From Phoronis australis (Eukaryota > Animalia > Phoronida), in contig NMRA01000617.1 of assembly GCA_002633005.1 (NCBI GenBank), positions 70,367 through 134,366 on the forward strand: a stretch of DNA of 64,000 nt. The letters run 5' to 3'. Below the pieces are notes generated by a model, which saw only the letters and a program-made list of their open reading frames with translations, searched no databases and was not told the origin of the DNA. Position 1 is the stretch's first letter, and each line of letters starts with the position of its first letter. Shown one piece after another: positions 1 through 14,200 of the stretch. A program made the position numbers and the translations under genes.

Positions 1-3000
1 CAACTGTGAGAATTTAACAAAATGCGACGTGCCAAGGTAATCTAACTAACAGTAATTAAGTTACTTTTTCCTGTTCCGATATAAAGAGTGCTTTACTAAA
101 AAATTAATGAAACACTCTTTTGGTAATGTGACTCTGAGCAACACTACGCTTATCCAGGTCACCTCTATCACCTCACATTAACAACAACACGAGATAACCC
201 ATATTCAAATGAATGAATTAATACTCTAAGTAGGACCCATGCTTTATGCACAAAAAAAACGAAATAATTTAGAAAACTGAAACAACCCTTTTGATAATTC
301 CTCTGGATCAAACACTATTTGGTCATGTTTGATACCATTGTTTACCTATGGATACACCTTTTTTGCAAAATTTCATTAAGAATACATGGTCATGCGACCT
401 GATTTTATAAACCTAAAATTGCACAGGCTTTCTACTTTCAGAAAATATATACTTTTACTGTATACATAAGGTCCTACAAAATCAAATGCATTGTGTGTAT
501 TACTAGAATTAATGACTGGGCTTTGCATTGTTGACATTTCCGAAGTGCAAAACTGACTGCGAATCAGGCGAGACAAGAAATTTTCACCAAATAGCTTCGC
601 GAGAAATAAGTGAGGAACAACGTATTATTTTTCCAAATAATTTTGGGTGTGTGAAATGAGATGAGTGTGCGGAATGACTGGAGAATTACTGTACCACAAG
701 CGTGTCTCTTTAGAAATTTTCTCCCTAGAAATGCAAATTGATGTAAAATCCATATTCAGTAAAATCACCACTTTCAAACAAAAAATTGGCCTCTAAGATT
801 GTTATGAACGCCTGCACTTTTTCAAAATATTGTCTGGCAGTAGCTAAAGAATATATAAAAATGGTAAAATAATTAAACGTGCATTTCGTCCTGATAACTA
901 GCTGGCAGCCAGCTAAAACGGAAATCTAATAAATCTCTCATAAGACTCCTTACCATGCAGGACTCTATTTCCATAACTAACAAAAATCTGGAAACAATCA
1001 GACACTGAAGACAAGCTTCAGAATTTATTGTGGTTGGCCAACCCTAAAATTGCAAATTCGAAAATGGGGTATATACTCATTGCCTGTGAGTTGAGTTGCA
1101 AACAGAAACAGAATCCCATATACACATGCCAATCAAATGGGATAAATTCATTTAAGAGACTTTCAAAGATTAAGCAATAGGGGATGGTCGTGGAGGTACC
1201 AGGAGTAACTTCTGTACAACAAGTGGCATAGAGGAACACCAAACACACTTGTTCAGTGTATGTGATCAGACATGAGGAGTCACAAATAAAAGTGCCACTG
1301 GGCAACTGTCCTCTAGAGGTCAATACCATATGGTCACATAGTCTGCACCACATGCAGTTGTTCACACATGTTCATAATATAAACACATACATAGTTCCCC
1401 AAGCACTTTACATGTAAACACTAAGTAAAATGGTGAACAGGTTTTCCTTCTAGTTAGCTAAATATGACCAAACTAAATATATTTGAATTGAACACTTAAA
1501 ATGTCCGTCTACTATTCAACTGTGCAACTTCCAGGTGTATACATCAGCAATATACCAGCAGTTTGTTTCCTACATACAAGTCAAGTGGTTAATATTGTGT
1601 TTAATAAATGAAAATAAATCTTGAATGGTATATGATGCAGTCTAATGGCTAGGAAAATACACATTGAAGCTTGATTCTTGAACTATGCTAGGTCCACTGA
1701 AGAATTTCTTGCATACAAAAAACAGCAAGCCTTACTCAGACATTAACCTCAGGCAATCAAAACTAGCTTTAAAATAAAATTAAACATTTTCCCAGTGGTT
1801 TTCTCTGAGCCCTAGTGTTTCGCAGGTCAAACAAGGGCAAGATGTCCTACATTGAATTGCCTATAAATCAGCAACAGGGACAATGCTGGCTGATCACATA
1901 CAAAAACACTTGAGACAGAGTTGATAAGCAGTAGTCCACAGAATCCAGTTAGCTTGCGAAAATGTTTTGCTTCTTACCCACACTTCAACAAAATGTAAAT
2001 GTAGCTCTAGGCAAAACTATTCATGTCCTTTGGTGCCCAGGTCAAGACCCTCAGTAAAAATTATGTCTACAGAGCGAATTATTGAGTGTGTATTGTAGCT
2101 TTAAATTCCACTGCACATGGAACTCAATGTTCTACCAGTAAATTAATTTTTTTCAATGGTAAAGTTACAAGTGAACCGTAAGACAAACCTAAAATAAAAA
2201 GCGCCAGTTTCATGACTGGACAGAGTGGCTTCTCAGCTTATTGATTAATCACACCAGAGAAGTGGGAATAATTAATATTGACTTTGATTATGTAAAAATA
2301 ACACACATCCACAAGCCGTTTCATTGATTCTGATCCTGGTCTGACATCTTAGTAGAGCCCTCCAGTGATATTTATATGGCTACCATGCAGACAAACCTGA
2401 CCATGCCTAACAGAGAAAAACTGAGATGGAACATTTCTCAGCATTGGAGGAAACCTTTCCACTTGTGTAAGCTCTGTGCAAAAGCAATTACTAACATAAT
2501 TAAGCATCAAATCAAGGTGTTCTTTTTTGCATGGAACATAACAACACAGACTTCAAATTCCTCAAAATAAATTAAGCCAGTCTAGACACTAGACCATATC
2601 CTAAACTACAAAATAGTTCACTGGTGCTTGGTACAGGTTGAAGGAAATAACCAATAACCAATACATCAGTAACCTAAGTTCCTTAACAAAGCTAAAGGAA
2701 AAGCCTTTTGATAGGGAAACTATGGTGTTGACTATATTGGTAAACATGACTTTGCAGGAGCTTTTCAGTATTATTTCCTCTAAACTGTTCCTGAAGTAAA
2801 ATGGTCACAGAAGGAAACAAGGAGCTCACATAACAATTTCAATCAGTACCTTTTCACAATCTAAAAAAATCTTGGTGAAGAAACATTGGAGAACAGTCTT
2901 ATCTCACCATGATTTTTGGAGGAGACGAAACCACAGAAAAAACATGGAAACAAAAAAGCAAAAATGCACCTGCTCACAATAAGCCAGTTCCACCAAGAAT

Positions 3001-4635
3001 CATAACAGCCAGTGCGCTTCAGATCAAGTTTGCTACTTCAAATATTGGCACAAGGTGAAATAGATCAGAGTCAGTCAGCCTATGGATAATATATATGCAC
3101 AACCATATATTGACATATTGAATTTAGTAATAACACACACCTAGTTAATCTGGGTAATAATCCCAAGGAGGATATTACACTGACAGGACACAACTCCTGG
3201 AACAAAGGTTACACTATGACACTGATAATGCATGCTTGATAAACGGAAATGCACTGGCAACAAGTTACTGTATCACAGCTCAGAATTGTTTTCTTTATAA
3301 TTTCTCAAAAAGCAAGGTTCCAGTGAAACTGACTGGTTATTACACAAAGATAAATGAGTTGCACACTTTTGGAAGGCAAAATTGTGACAGGTGTTCGTAA
3401 AGACACGTCGTACTTTTAAGAAAGCCTTGTTCGTATGAACTGCAGGTGGTCGGCAAGCCGGGCATAGGCGCTAAAAAGTGAAAATCTCAGGAGTGGTCAG
3501 CAAGCCGAGAATAAGCGTGAACCCATATGGGTGCGACACTCAAACCAAATGGTCACCCACGTGTACACTTTATTAAAATATTGTTAATAGCAAATATTTG
3601 GCCAGCTCTTCGGCACTGCGTATTTGTGTGACAACAAAAGCGTTTTTTCTTTTTACCCCAATTTCCAATATTGGTGTGCAAGATCAGCCGAGTTCATGAA
3701 GACAAAATCTACAACTTTTCTGTCATTCACCTGAAGACATTTTACTACACTGCACTTTTCTGAGAGAATAATTTGAGCATCCCACTGCATAACATTGCCA
3801 GCACACTGATAGCAAATCGATAAATAAACACTGTGAAATCTGACTACATTGATTTCACATTTGAATTGTAAGTGGCACTGAATCCTTGCCCACAAAATAC
3901 TCTATAGATCTACATCATTCTTAACACCTAACCTATTTCAGCATATTGCCACTGCATTGGAGAACAGCTATTCTACAAAACGCCAAATGAGTTTTGGTTG
4001 CTGCAGAATGTGACAGTTTGGACACGCACCACAAGGGACATTCACACGAGAATTCATCATAGTTATGGCTAACTCCACAAGTTAACTTCGCAGTAAACAT
4101 GTAGGTTCAACAGCAGTGGGGCAGGTGCTTCAATGAGTTATCAGAATGTCTCATTGTTAAGAATGACAAATGATATGTTAATATTATTTGACATTTTACT
4201 CAAATACGCACAGGTCTACTACAGTAAGCACTTCATTTCATTGATTATCCAAAAATAGACACCATTCTTTATATTCAAAAACTCATCGTATGCATCAAAA
4301 CATTTTTACAGTGTCACCTTGTGATAACATTAATCAATTGAGTACCATCTACTGATAATTTTCATGTCTATTAACTACTGAAGCCAATCTGAAGCGTTCA
4401 ACTAACTTTGCAGCTTACATCGACTCTTCTAGACTATACCGCAATAAATTTAACAGGACCTATCATACAACAACAACCCAATAGTAATTGTTATTATTGA
4501 CTGTTTCCGTTACAATGCTACACTCAACTGTAACTAAAGGGAAGCCAGGGACAGTTGAAATCTGATACGTACTAGTATCTAACCTAGAGCATGCGATAAT
4601 GTTTAATCATAAAACTGCTGCAGTAATCCACCCAC

Positions 4636-7600
4636 CTCTGAGTTAAGAAACTCTTCAGATTCTGTACTTCGAACACTGGATGACCTGGGATTTGGATGCT
4701 CCAGAAAATCTCTAGGTGTGCTTGGGGAGCCTGCAACAAACAAAAGTTTTGTAACCGGCTACAAATTCACAGGGCCTCAGGAGATTCAGTGAGAAGTATA
4801 TACCTAGCCTAGCCTCCTGCTAGGCAGAGATGAGACCGGCAGAAGTCTCCCTAGGCATGAGGTAGTGTCTTACATTCAGAATCCAGACCAATGCAATACC
4901 AGAGACAAATGATGAAAAATCATACATCAGACACTACCAGCTACCCCGATCTTATTTTCTTTTGTTTACCAATGCAGAATGATTACCAAATATGCCACAA
5001 ATGCACTGAAATACCCACCAGAGATGATATCTGAGATGGCAAAATAGATGAGGAATAAGTCCAGAGAGAGAGAAATATCCACCTGAGAAGCAGTGGTAGA
5101 CTATGAACAAGCTACTTATTAACAACAGTAGTGATGCTACCTGAGTTAAAGATAGATACATGAACATCCGGCCCTTATAGACTATTAGTATCTGCACAAT
5201 TGAGAATCTATAAATAGCTAAGTAAAGTAAACATTTTTCAGTCAGAATTTGCAAGATTTTAATACAAGTTCATGGCTCAATTCAATGAGTTTCCAAATTA
5301 CGAGTAGACACAAAGAATCAGTGAATCCCAAATCAACCATTCTAACAGTGAATACTATCAAATGCATTTTTGAAAGGATTTAAATACATAAAAACAAGAC
5401 AGGACAAGTACACATAGCACAAGTCAGTCTCTCACTGCTAGTGCTCTTTAACTGCCTTCTGAATCATTATCACCACCACGCACATTTTCTCTCACAGTCG
5501 AGGGCTTATCCCAGGTATGGGGCTTGGGTGTTTCAGCAACACCCAAAGCATGCGTACAACAAATGCATTTGTTGGATTTAGGTCACCATGAAGAGATCAT
5601 TTGAACCTTAAAGGACAGCTTTTTATGGCACAATGTTTCTGCACATGAAAAAATTGTAAGGTGACAGCAAAAAAATTAATCATAAAACTTTACTTGAGGT
5701 AGGCCAGAGATGTGAAGGGACCTCTGTTACCCGTTGCATGAAAAGTCTCAATCTGAAACCCAAGAAGGTTCCCACACTGGGTAGGAACATGCTTTTGTCT
5801 ACTGGCTTGGTTCTATCTCTAAACTTTTTTATAAAACTCAGCAATATCATTTTATTGGACATGTCATCATCTTATTCTGAAGAACTCAGTTTAGTGACAT
5901 ACTCAGGTCTCTGAGTAATCCCAAAAGTCAAATCCCAACGGGAAACTTAGCGAACCAGTAGCAATGTGGGGGCTAATCACCAGGGACAGGATGCTAGTTT
6001 AGCTTTAGTTTAAAATGCATCACGTCTAATCACCTATATATATTTACACTGCAAAGGTCTTTGCACCAAGTCAAACAAGTTTCCCTTTGCCACCCGCTGC
6101 AAAGAAGTACCTTCTGGTACAGCCAGGAGGCGATAAAAGTCACCAGACCCACTTGATCAGCCTCCATTGCTTTCAAAAAGTCTTCCATTTGAAGCGAAAC
6201 TAGATGGGAACAACTCATTTAACAATCCTTAATTTTTAGACATCCCCAAGACTAAAGAATTTCCCAAATTTTAGAGACTGTTTCTTGTAACAAGCTACTG
6301 AGTAACCCAACATCCGGCTACAAACATTTTAGATTCAGTTTTCTATGCATGGTAACAACTCTCTGTTCCACAATTTTCCACAACGAGAGGGAGGGAACCT
6401 TGGCAACCGTCGATCTACTGAACACTACAACAGTAAGTACCCCTGCCAGTCTGCTGGTTCAGACAACGGAAGCTCAAAACATGTAACAATACCTCCAGCT
6501 TTGATGTCCATAATCTGTCGTACTCCATGGCAGAAGTCATCAAAGTTGATGTGCCCTGAATGGTGAGGATCTAATGCCTTTATTATAGGAGCCAGGTCAA
6601 CGTCCTGTAAGAGAAGAGTTAAAAAGATGGTCATACATGAACAAAATAACATCTTTGAAAAGCTAACATCACTAACAATTTTTAATTTACATTTTAGCAC
6701 AAAGAAAACAGCACTGCAAGAGTATGGAGTCATTGTATATCAAGATATTTTATCAATTATATTTAGATGGCAATGCTATTTAAATAAACTGTGCAAGGTA
6801 AACTATTTTAGGATAAAAAAAAAATTAGAATGACCTAAATGGCAGTGATTGCTCCCAAGAGATCACTATTTGTTGAACTCTGTTACAATTTGTCTCAGAA
6901 ATACTGCCTTGTATCCTATTCCTAGATTGTAGATCTAGTTATTTGAAGTTTCATTTGCATCCCGCACTCACCCTAATGGCTAATGTCACAGACACATGTT
7001 TTCGTTCAAGAGTCCATAAATGAAACAACTGCAATCCAAAAGTCACAAGACTTGAGCAACAGCCAAATCCAAATAATGTGATGCTTTTCGACATGTTTAT
7101 TGTTCCACGGTTCAATGTATTTAATGAGGTCAATCTAACAAGATAAAATCTGAGCACCGAATTGCGTATTTGTCTCAGTCTGGCAATCTATGATTGGTGC
7201 CAGCAACAAAAAATGCAATGCCTAAAATGAATATTCACTGCAGAGAACTACTTATGACCGTGCATACCTCTAGAAACTAGTTAAGGGCTAATCACTCAAC
7301 GACCACTTTCTTTCTTTTTACCAGTTCAATGACTCTCAAACTATTTAAATAATTTTAAATTCATATGGATTAACACAATCATATACAAAAATACTGCATT
7401 AAAATGGCCAAAACACTTCAACAAGACCAAACTTTACACTAAAGGAACAGACGATAAATACTACGGTGGCTTAATCTGTTAACATTTCGACTAGATCTAC
7501 CTGTCCGCCCCCTTCATCATCGGAAGCACCAAAGTGATCCCGTGCTAAACTGGCGAAGTGTTCCACTGAAATGTATCCTTCTTTTCCCTCATCACACACA

Positions 7601-7647
7601 TCGAAGACTGTTCTTAGTTTCTGGGTGAAGTCCAGATTTAACTCCAT
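4636..7647 (-). CDS. RAB11FIP3/4: Rab11 family-interacting protein 3/4-like (class II FIP, N-terminal EF-hands); 5' exons only, gene continues off the left edge
   Basis: Three exons with GT-AG ends and consistent phases: 7647..7501 (MELNLDFTQKLRTVFDVCDEGKEGYISVEHFASLARDHFGASDDEGGGQ), 6604..6493 (DVDLAPIIKALDPHHSGHINFDDFCHGVRQIMDIKAG) and 4730..4636 (GSPSTPRDFLEHPNPRSSSVRSTESEEFLNSE). The two EF-hand-like loops (VFDVCD..GYISVEHF, LDP..SGHINFDDFC.G) match the FIP3/FIP4 N-terminus as I recall it. The C-terminal Rab11-binding domain is not in the window. Confidence 0.8.
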
Positions 7648-8293
7648 GCTGTGGTAGATCTGACCAGGGCGTAACTACAACGATTGAATTAGTCATACTT
7701 CGTTACAAATTGAACGGTAAAAAATTGCCATTGTGTCACCTGTCGGCTTGACGTTGTTTGGGGTTGAGCCAAACAACGATTGTAATAATGTCAAGCAAAA
7801 ATAATCCGCTACCAAAATAAAGAACAGCTTTATTGCCTAGAGTGTTACTTTAAAAAAAACAGATATGTCATCTTAAAGTACTCTTTTTATATCATCTATT
7901 GTAATGATTGCCAAAATAATGTTAGATATAAATTTGATAATTTTTTACAGAATTGTAAGGATACATTCTTGCAGCGCCTCTAACGGTAACTACTTTCTAG
8001 CTGAGTTTCTAAAATTTAGTACAGCTCAAAAACAGAAATCCAGAATTTACATTTACAAAATAATTAACTTAATCCCAAAAATTAACTCTGGTCTACTTTT
8101 AATCAATTAAATGCAGTTAAATCATCTAAATTACCGCGTTTTAAATGAATTTATCCTAAGGAAAATAGGTGTCGCTGTTAACATTAATAACGCGGGAAAG
8201 TTGGTGGTGGACGAAAAAGTTATTGCTTCTCATCGCTCTCAAAACGAGAAATTGAAATTAGTTTTCTCCTGTTATCGTTACTAGTCCTGTAAA
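7648..8293. promoter_or_regulatory. Bidirectional promoter and 5' UTR region between the Rab11-FIP gene and CHTF18
   Basis: Only 646 bp separate the two divergent ATGs. CpGs are locally more frequent than in the flanking introns. An E2F-type site CGCGGGAAA at 8191..8199 lies about 100 bp upstream of the CHTF18 ATG. Confidence 0.7.
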
Positions 8294-11200
8294 ATGGACG
8301 AAGAATGCGACTTTGCTTATGAAGACGAATTGGATGCTATGAGAGAATTGGAAGGTTTGTTCCATAATTGGAAAAATGAGTGGAATGGACGTCTCCGCTC
8401 TTGTCTTGACTTCGATATTGACGATCTCGACCACTGTTTACAAAACACAGTTTTAAACTTTAGCCTTTCCAACCCTTGGACTTAGTGCAACGTTTCATGA
8501 ATGTTCCATTTATTTTGTAAAATCAGTGCATTTACCTCCCTCTGCAGTGTGCACATATTTGTCAAATGTGCTTAAATTGCTGCAACAGGCAGAAGTTGTA
8601 ATTGTTTGGTAAAAATCAGGCACAACCTTCAGAAAAGTTCAGTGTCGTCTGTGTTCTTTGTGGGCAGGAGGACTTAGGGATAATTTTGTTGCAAGAAATT
8701 GAAGAGTTGTTGAAGATCTATGCATAATGTTCTAGGGCGGGTATGGCACAACATTGTTTAGTCAACGATTTCGACGTCAGTTTTAGCGACCTCAGATTTC
8801 ATTTGGCGACTTAGGATTTTCTCCAGGCCACCAAATGTGACTTGGCGTCAAACTTAGTGACAAACACTGATTTTGTAGACTCAAATTCACTGAATGCTTA
8901 ATTACCAGTTTATTGAATGATTTGAGAAATGGCAATGATGCTGCAGCTTAGTAGATTTTCTTTAAAATTATTTTACCTGACAAATGCTATACCAGCTGCG
9001 TGGATAATGACAGGTTGCTTGTATCTAAACTGCAGTAAATATATTTTTGTGTGCAGGGATCTTGACAGGTGCTTGATTGAGGAGTGTGACTGAGATGTCA
9101 CAGGTTGAAATTGACGCAGTCCAGTACCGTATAGTCACTGTCAGTTTATCAGATGCTTAAGTCGATGTGAAATCGATTACTTCGAGCGTTTGATTAGATG
9201 CGCATAACAAACTGCATGACATATTTAATCCTAAAGTAAATTAACACCAGTAAATTAAAACACTTCTGAAATAAATTTTCTTGGTCACTTTATCAATTTT
9301 GTTGTAGATAATGTAAGGTTGATATATCCACTAACACACAACTTCTGTGCATTTCGTTGATTTTATCTGAGAATTTTGATTGTGTTCGACAATCTAAACC
9401 TCTCACTGTACTAATAATTTGATTCCTCGGCAGTAATGGTATCTACTGTATTTACCTATGCCCATGAATATAGTAATTAAAAATATAGACATTGCCATGT
9501 TGTGCGAAATGACTGATGAACGACGTTTAGTTTTGTGTGCTAATTGTGAATTAGAAGTACTCCCATGTAGAAACGAGTTGTTGTGAATATCACTTTAACT
9601 GCAGCATTCAGTGAAAATGGCGTAAGGGCTGTTCCAGTAAAATCTGTATGGGAGGGGGGGAGGCACCTTTTTTCGCACCCACAACCCATATTTTTCATTT
9701 ATTTCTTCAGCCTACCACCCGTAATTTTTTATAAATTTGAAATGCAACCACCCGTAATTTTTTTTGTTCTTGTGGTTGACTGCACAGGCGCTTGAGTTTA
9801 TCTGTTCCTCCATCACCACTAACGTCATTCATTACTAAGAAAACATATGTTTCTTATATATGGTTATTAGCCATCGAGAAATTCGAGCACCTGTGGTTAA
9901 ATGGTGTTATGGGCATGCCGATGAGGAGATCGGAGGGAGTGAAAAAGTCGGAGCTCTTTGCAAGTTGCATTTTTGTTTCAGTTTTTGATTCTATGCAGAT
10001 TGTTTATAAAATTTACTAAAATTACCCTCCATCAAACATTTATGGCCCAATGAAACAACAACGACCTGTAAATTTTAACTTTTTTAAAGTACGACCACCA
10101 GCCATTTTGAATTTAGGTCAAACGCAACCACCCATAAATTTTTATTTCAGTTGCCTTCCCCCCCTCCCACACAGATTTTGCTGGAACAGCCCTAAGTATT
10201 ACGGGCATTATTCAGATCTTTATTTAATAGCAGCAAACTAAAGTGCTACGATTGGATAGGAGTGCTTGAGTTTTACTGTATAATTTTTCTGTGTTGTTAC
10301 GTTTCAGATGACCCTCCAATTTCTAGGAAGAGTCTTAACTTCAATACCCCCAGCAGCAGGAGTAAACAGGCATCTGAGGTACTCGACACAAGCTTGCCCA
10401 CTCCATTCGATAGCCCACTGCCAAAGTTGGATCTTGATGAGGAGGGTATTAGAAAAAGGACAAAACTTGATAGACCACATGATGAAAGCTCACCAGTTCA
10501 AGGTAGGAAGATTGCATTGAAAAAAAGAAAGATTTTTTGTTTGTCTTAATTTTTTTTCAAATTTATTTTAGAAGTCTCAGCAATATAGAGACAATACTGA
10601 TTAACATTACTATCTAGATATCACATTAAAATATGGGGCATGTTTTAATTAAATTACGGGAAACCGATGACACGGTGTGAATACAAACATCAATTGGCAA
10701 AGTAAAAGCATGTTGAAATCTCACCACCTTCGTAGAAAAGTAATTTATAGCAAAATTGCTCCTTTTAATTTTTCAAGGGCTTCTATCATTCTTGTGAATA
10801 TCCAAAACTGTTCAAAACATTTTCTGATGGTAGCCGTGGCGCAAAACTTGAACATGGAAAGCATATAATCTGGTGCTACGTATGGTTCGTGGAAAATGTG
10901 ATATAACAAAGTTTCACTAGTCGGCCATGTTGTGTCTTTAATTGGAAAGATTTAATCGTGTCTTTGTCTCGTGTGTTGGTGTCACGTGCATCGGCAAATT
11001 GAATCTATGCTTGGTCACCATTCCCACTCAACAAAAGAATTTAGAAAACATGAAGCATGATTGCAATTGTTTCCATGTGTGGAATGCTGCGAAATGAAAA
11101 AGGGGTGCATTGTTTTTTGTACCTTCAACTCAAAAACTGCTTCACGTTTCGTGGGAAGAAGTACACAAGATTATACCTTCACAGTACGTGTGGCTTGATT

Positions 11201-14200
11201 CCAAGAATAACATGTCTCTGTGACTTAAGAAATCGTATCGTATTTAATCTGCTTAGCAGGAGATTATGAAACTTACAGATCTGTTTAATGGCACCTATGA
11301 TTAGACCTGCTGAACGACTCAATAATTTACTGTTTTCAGTTTATGAGAGGAGCTTAACAACATATTTCTATGACAAGAGTTTGATCTGTTGCTTAGAAAT
11401 CCTGTTTACTCAAGTGTTGTCGTGCATTTGCACCTATATTTTATGTTGCTCACTGCCAGTGCTTCGTCAGCAATGCCTTCCTGTATTCGCCTTTTGCCCT
11501 CTTCTTGTAGAACCGGAAAAGAAAAAACAAAGAACTGACCGCGAAGACTTCGACTATTCAGAAATGTTTACCGAAGTCGAAGATTTTGAGATAACTCCTC
11601 CACCATCACCACCAAGGCTGTTGAGGGGACGTAAATCACAGAAAAATAAGCATTTGGACATCTTTGATGAACTCAATTCACTGTTACAACGGCAACAAGA
11701 CGTTTTGGTGGAAGGTACCGTGTATAATTTATTGCATGATTAAAAAGTTGCAGTTTTATGCTCCCTTTGAAAAAATTTTGTGGCCGCATGTACAGTTGTC
11801 ACCTGGATTACTGCCCAAGGCCCTTAAATTGGGGAAATCGAAAATCAATGGTTGGGTGCTTAAAAACGGCATGTTTGAAAGGTCAAGGTTAAGCCCATAC
11901 ACAGACAGTCTTTCAGGTTAATGCCCAGGGAGCTACATTGATGTTGGACTTCATGTGCATGGTTCAAATCAAACATGGCGTACAGTAGTTCAGCGTGTTA
12001 TGCAGAGTGTCTTTAAATTGTCAGATGCAAATATTGCTAGCCAAACACTGCTTTCACGAATACTTTCACCATTTGTTTGCTCAAGATTACAGTAATATTA
12101 GAATTTATTAGATTTAATTAGAGCCATTTCAACAATAAAGCATGGTTCACTAAAACTGTTGTTGCTCAGTACAGCAGTCAGGTTCTTCTCCATTCTGTCA
12201 TTCATCTATTATTAACTTTGCTGGTTTGTTGTTTATCTCAAAAGTTGTCTGTAAAAGTGATGAAATTTTACACAGAGTTATGTATTATTTTCAGGCAAGA
12301 TATATTGTTTTTTTTTTTTTTTAATGTTTATAATGAAATAGTACAATAAATATGCAGACCCAGAAAGCACCAAGAGGCATTGTATCTGAGCTAAAGATAC
12401 ATTCTTTTGTCATGTTATTTGTTGCAGACTATGATTTTGAGCGACCTCGAGTGCTGACGCGCATCCCCGATGGCGAATACATCAGCGCGACTGATGGTGA
12501 AGGTCAGCGAGTGTATATGGGCTTGAAGAATGATGACGAGTTCAAGAACAATGTAAGACTTGGCTGTTGTCGACCCTCTAAGTTTGTGTAAGACTCAAAT
12601 ACAAAACATTTTTGACGTGACCGATATTGTTTAAACTACAGGCATGTGTTTGTTTTGAAGACAACGGAGGTGATACATTATGAAAGGGATGTGCGATCTA
12701 GCAGTCTTCTCTGTGCAGCATCTGTGACTACGACACTGCACATTGCTTAATAAAGCAACCGTATACCCACGTTACGTATAAGGAGAAAATTAAGAGCTCT
12801 TGCTACATAAAATTTGGTCTCAACTTGTTACTTACTCATCAGATGAGAAGGAATTTCTGAGTTTACTAAGTAGGTTCTCTTTGACCTGTTTTAACAAGTT
12901 GTCGTGACCTTTTTGATATTGCCTCTGACCTGTTTAAATAGCACGCGACACAAATGATTTGTCATTTTGAACAAAATTTATCATTTTTGTGTGTTTGCTA
13001 TAGTATGCACGTGCTGCACGCTATCTTAAATTTTCAAAGCTGTTGTAAACGCGACCTGTTAGAATTTTTGAGTGTGGAGATCATTGCTAAGGACTGACAG
13101 TTCATTATTCATTGGCACCATGGTCAGTGCATGAAATGACACAGCGTGACAAGCCAGCATGTATAGTTTGATCTCAAGCAATAATGAATGGTCAGTTCTT
13201 TACGTATTATGTAATTTATTTGAAACCTTAAAGTCTCAATTTTACTATCCCACACAACGGTCAATAAATATAGTCATGTGTTACACAGATAACAAAACAA
13301 TATTGCAACTAAGCCTTTTAGTTTCATTGCCAAAAATACATTTTGCCACCTGATTTTTGCCACAAGGTTTTCGTTGTCAGTCCTGACTTTTGAATCCCCG
13401 AAAACACCTCACTTTGACCAACTTGGGAACAGTTTGAGACCAAATCATGTTGGCAATTGTTCTGAAACAAAAATTGGTCACTTTAGCTGAGCAGGTTTTT
13501 GTAATGTCTGTTTCAGATGTTTGTAAATGTTATCTAACGTGTAGTATTAATTAGCCTTACTACTTGTGTCTTCATTTATGTGATTAATTCAGGTTGACGA
13601 GTCTGTGAGGCGAGACCGCGTTTCACATCTTTTAGGAGTACCCTTTGATGACTTAAAACTGGAAGCTATGAAACTGGTAAGTGAAAGCTACTTTGTTGTT
13701 TTTGTACAGTACTTTTCAAAATAAACTGGACACCATTGAAATTCAACAAAATTTCGGCCCACGAAACTGCCACTAAATATCAATTTCTCTTCAATAAAAT
13801 CTGTTTCAGTTCTTCCACAATATCAACAGTGTCGACTAGTCAAAATCGTGACAACTTTCTGCAGGAGTCCATTCATAAACAAACCGTTAGCGGCAAGGAG
13901 GTGTAGTAACTCCACATTAAACTCTGAACAAAAAAGAAAAATGGTATTTCAACAAAAGTTCGACAGAACTGTCGAGTAATTCTGGCAAGAAGTTTATCCA
14001 AGTCTGTCCACTATATTTTGAAAACTACTGCATCTTGATGTATTTTTCAGCTAAACTAGCGATCGCTTTAACAACACCATAAGAACACGGTTACCAGACA
14101 GAGTGTTGTTGTAAACTTTGAGAACCAGACATGTCTGGTTTTAATTTTCGTGGTGCATTTTAAGCATTCTTGAAATACGCTTGTCAATAGTGCTTCAAGA

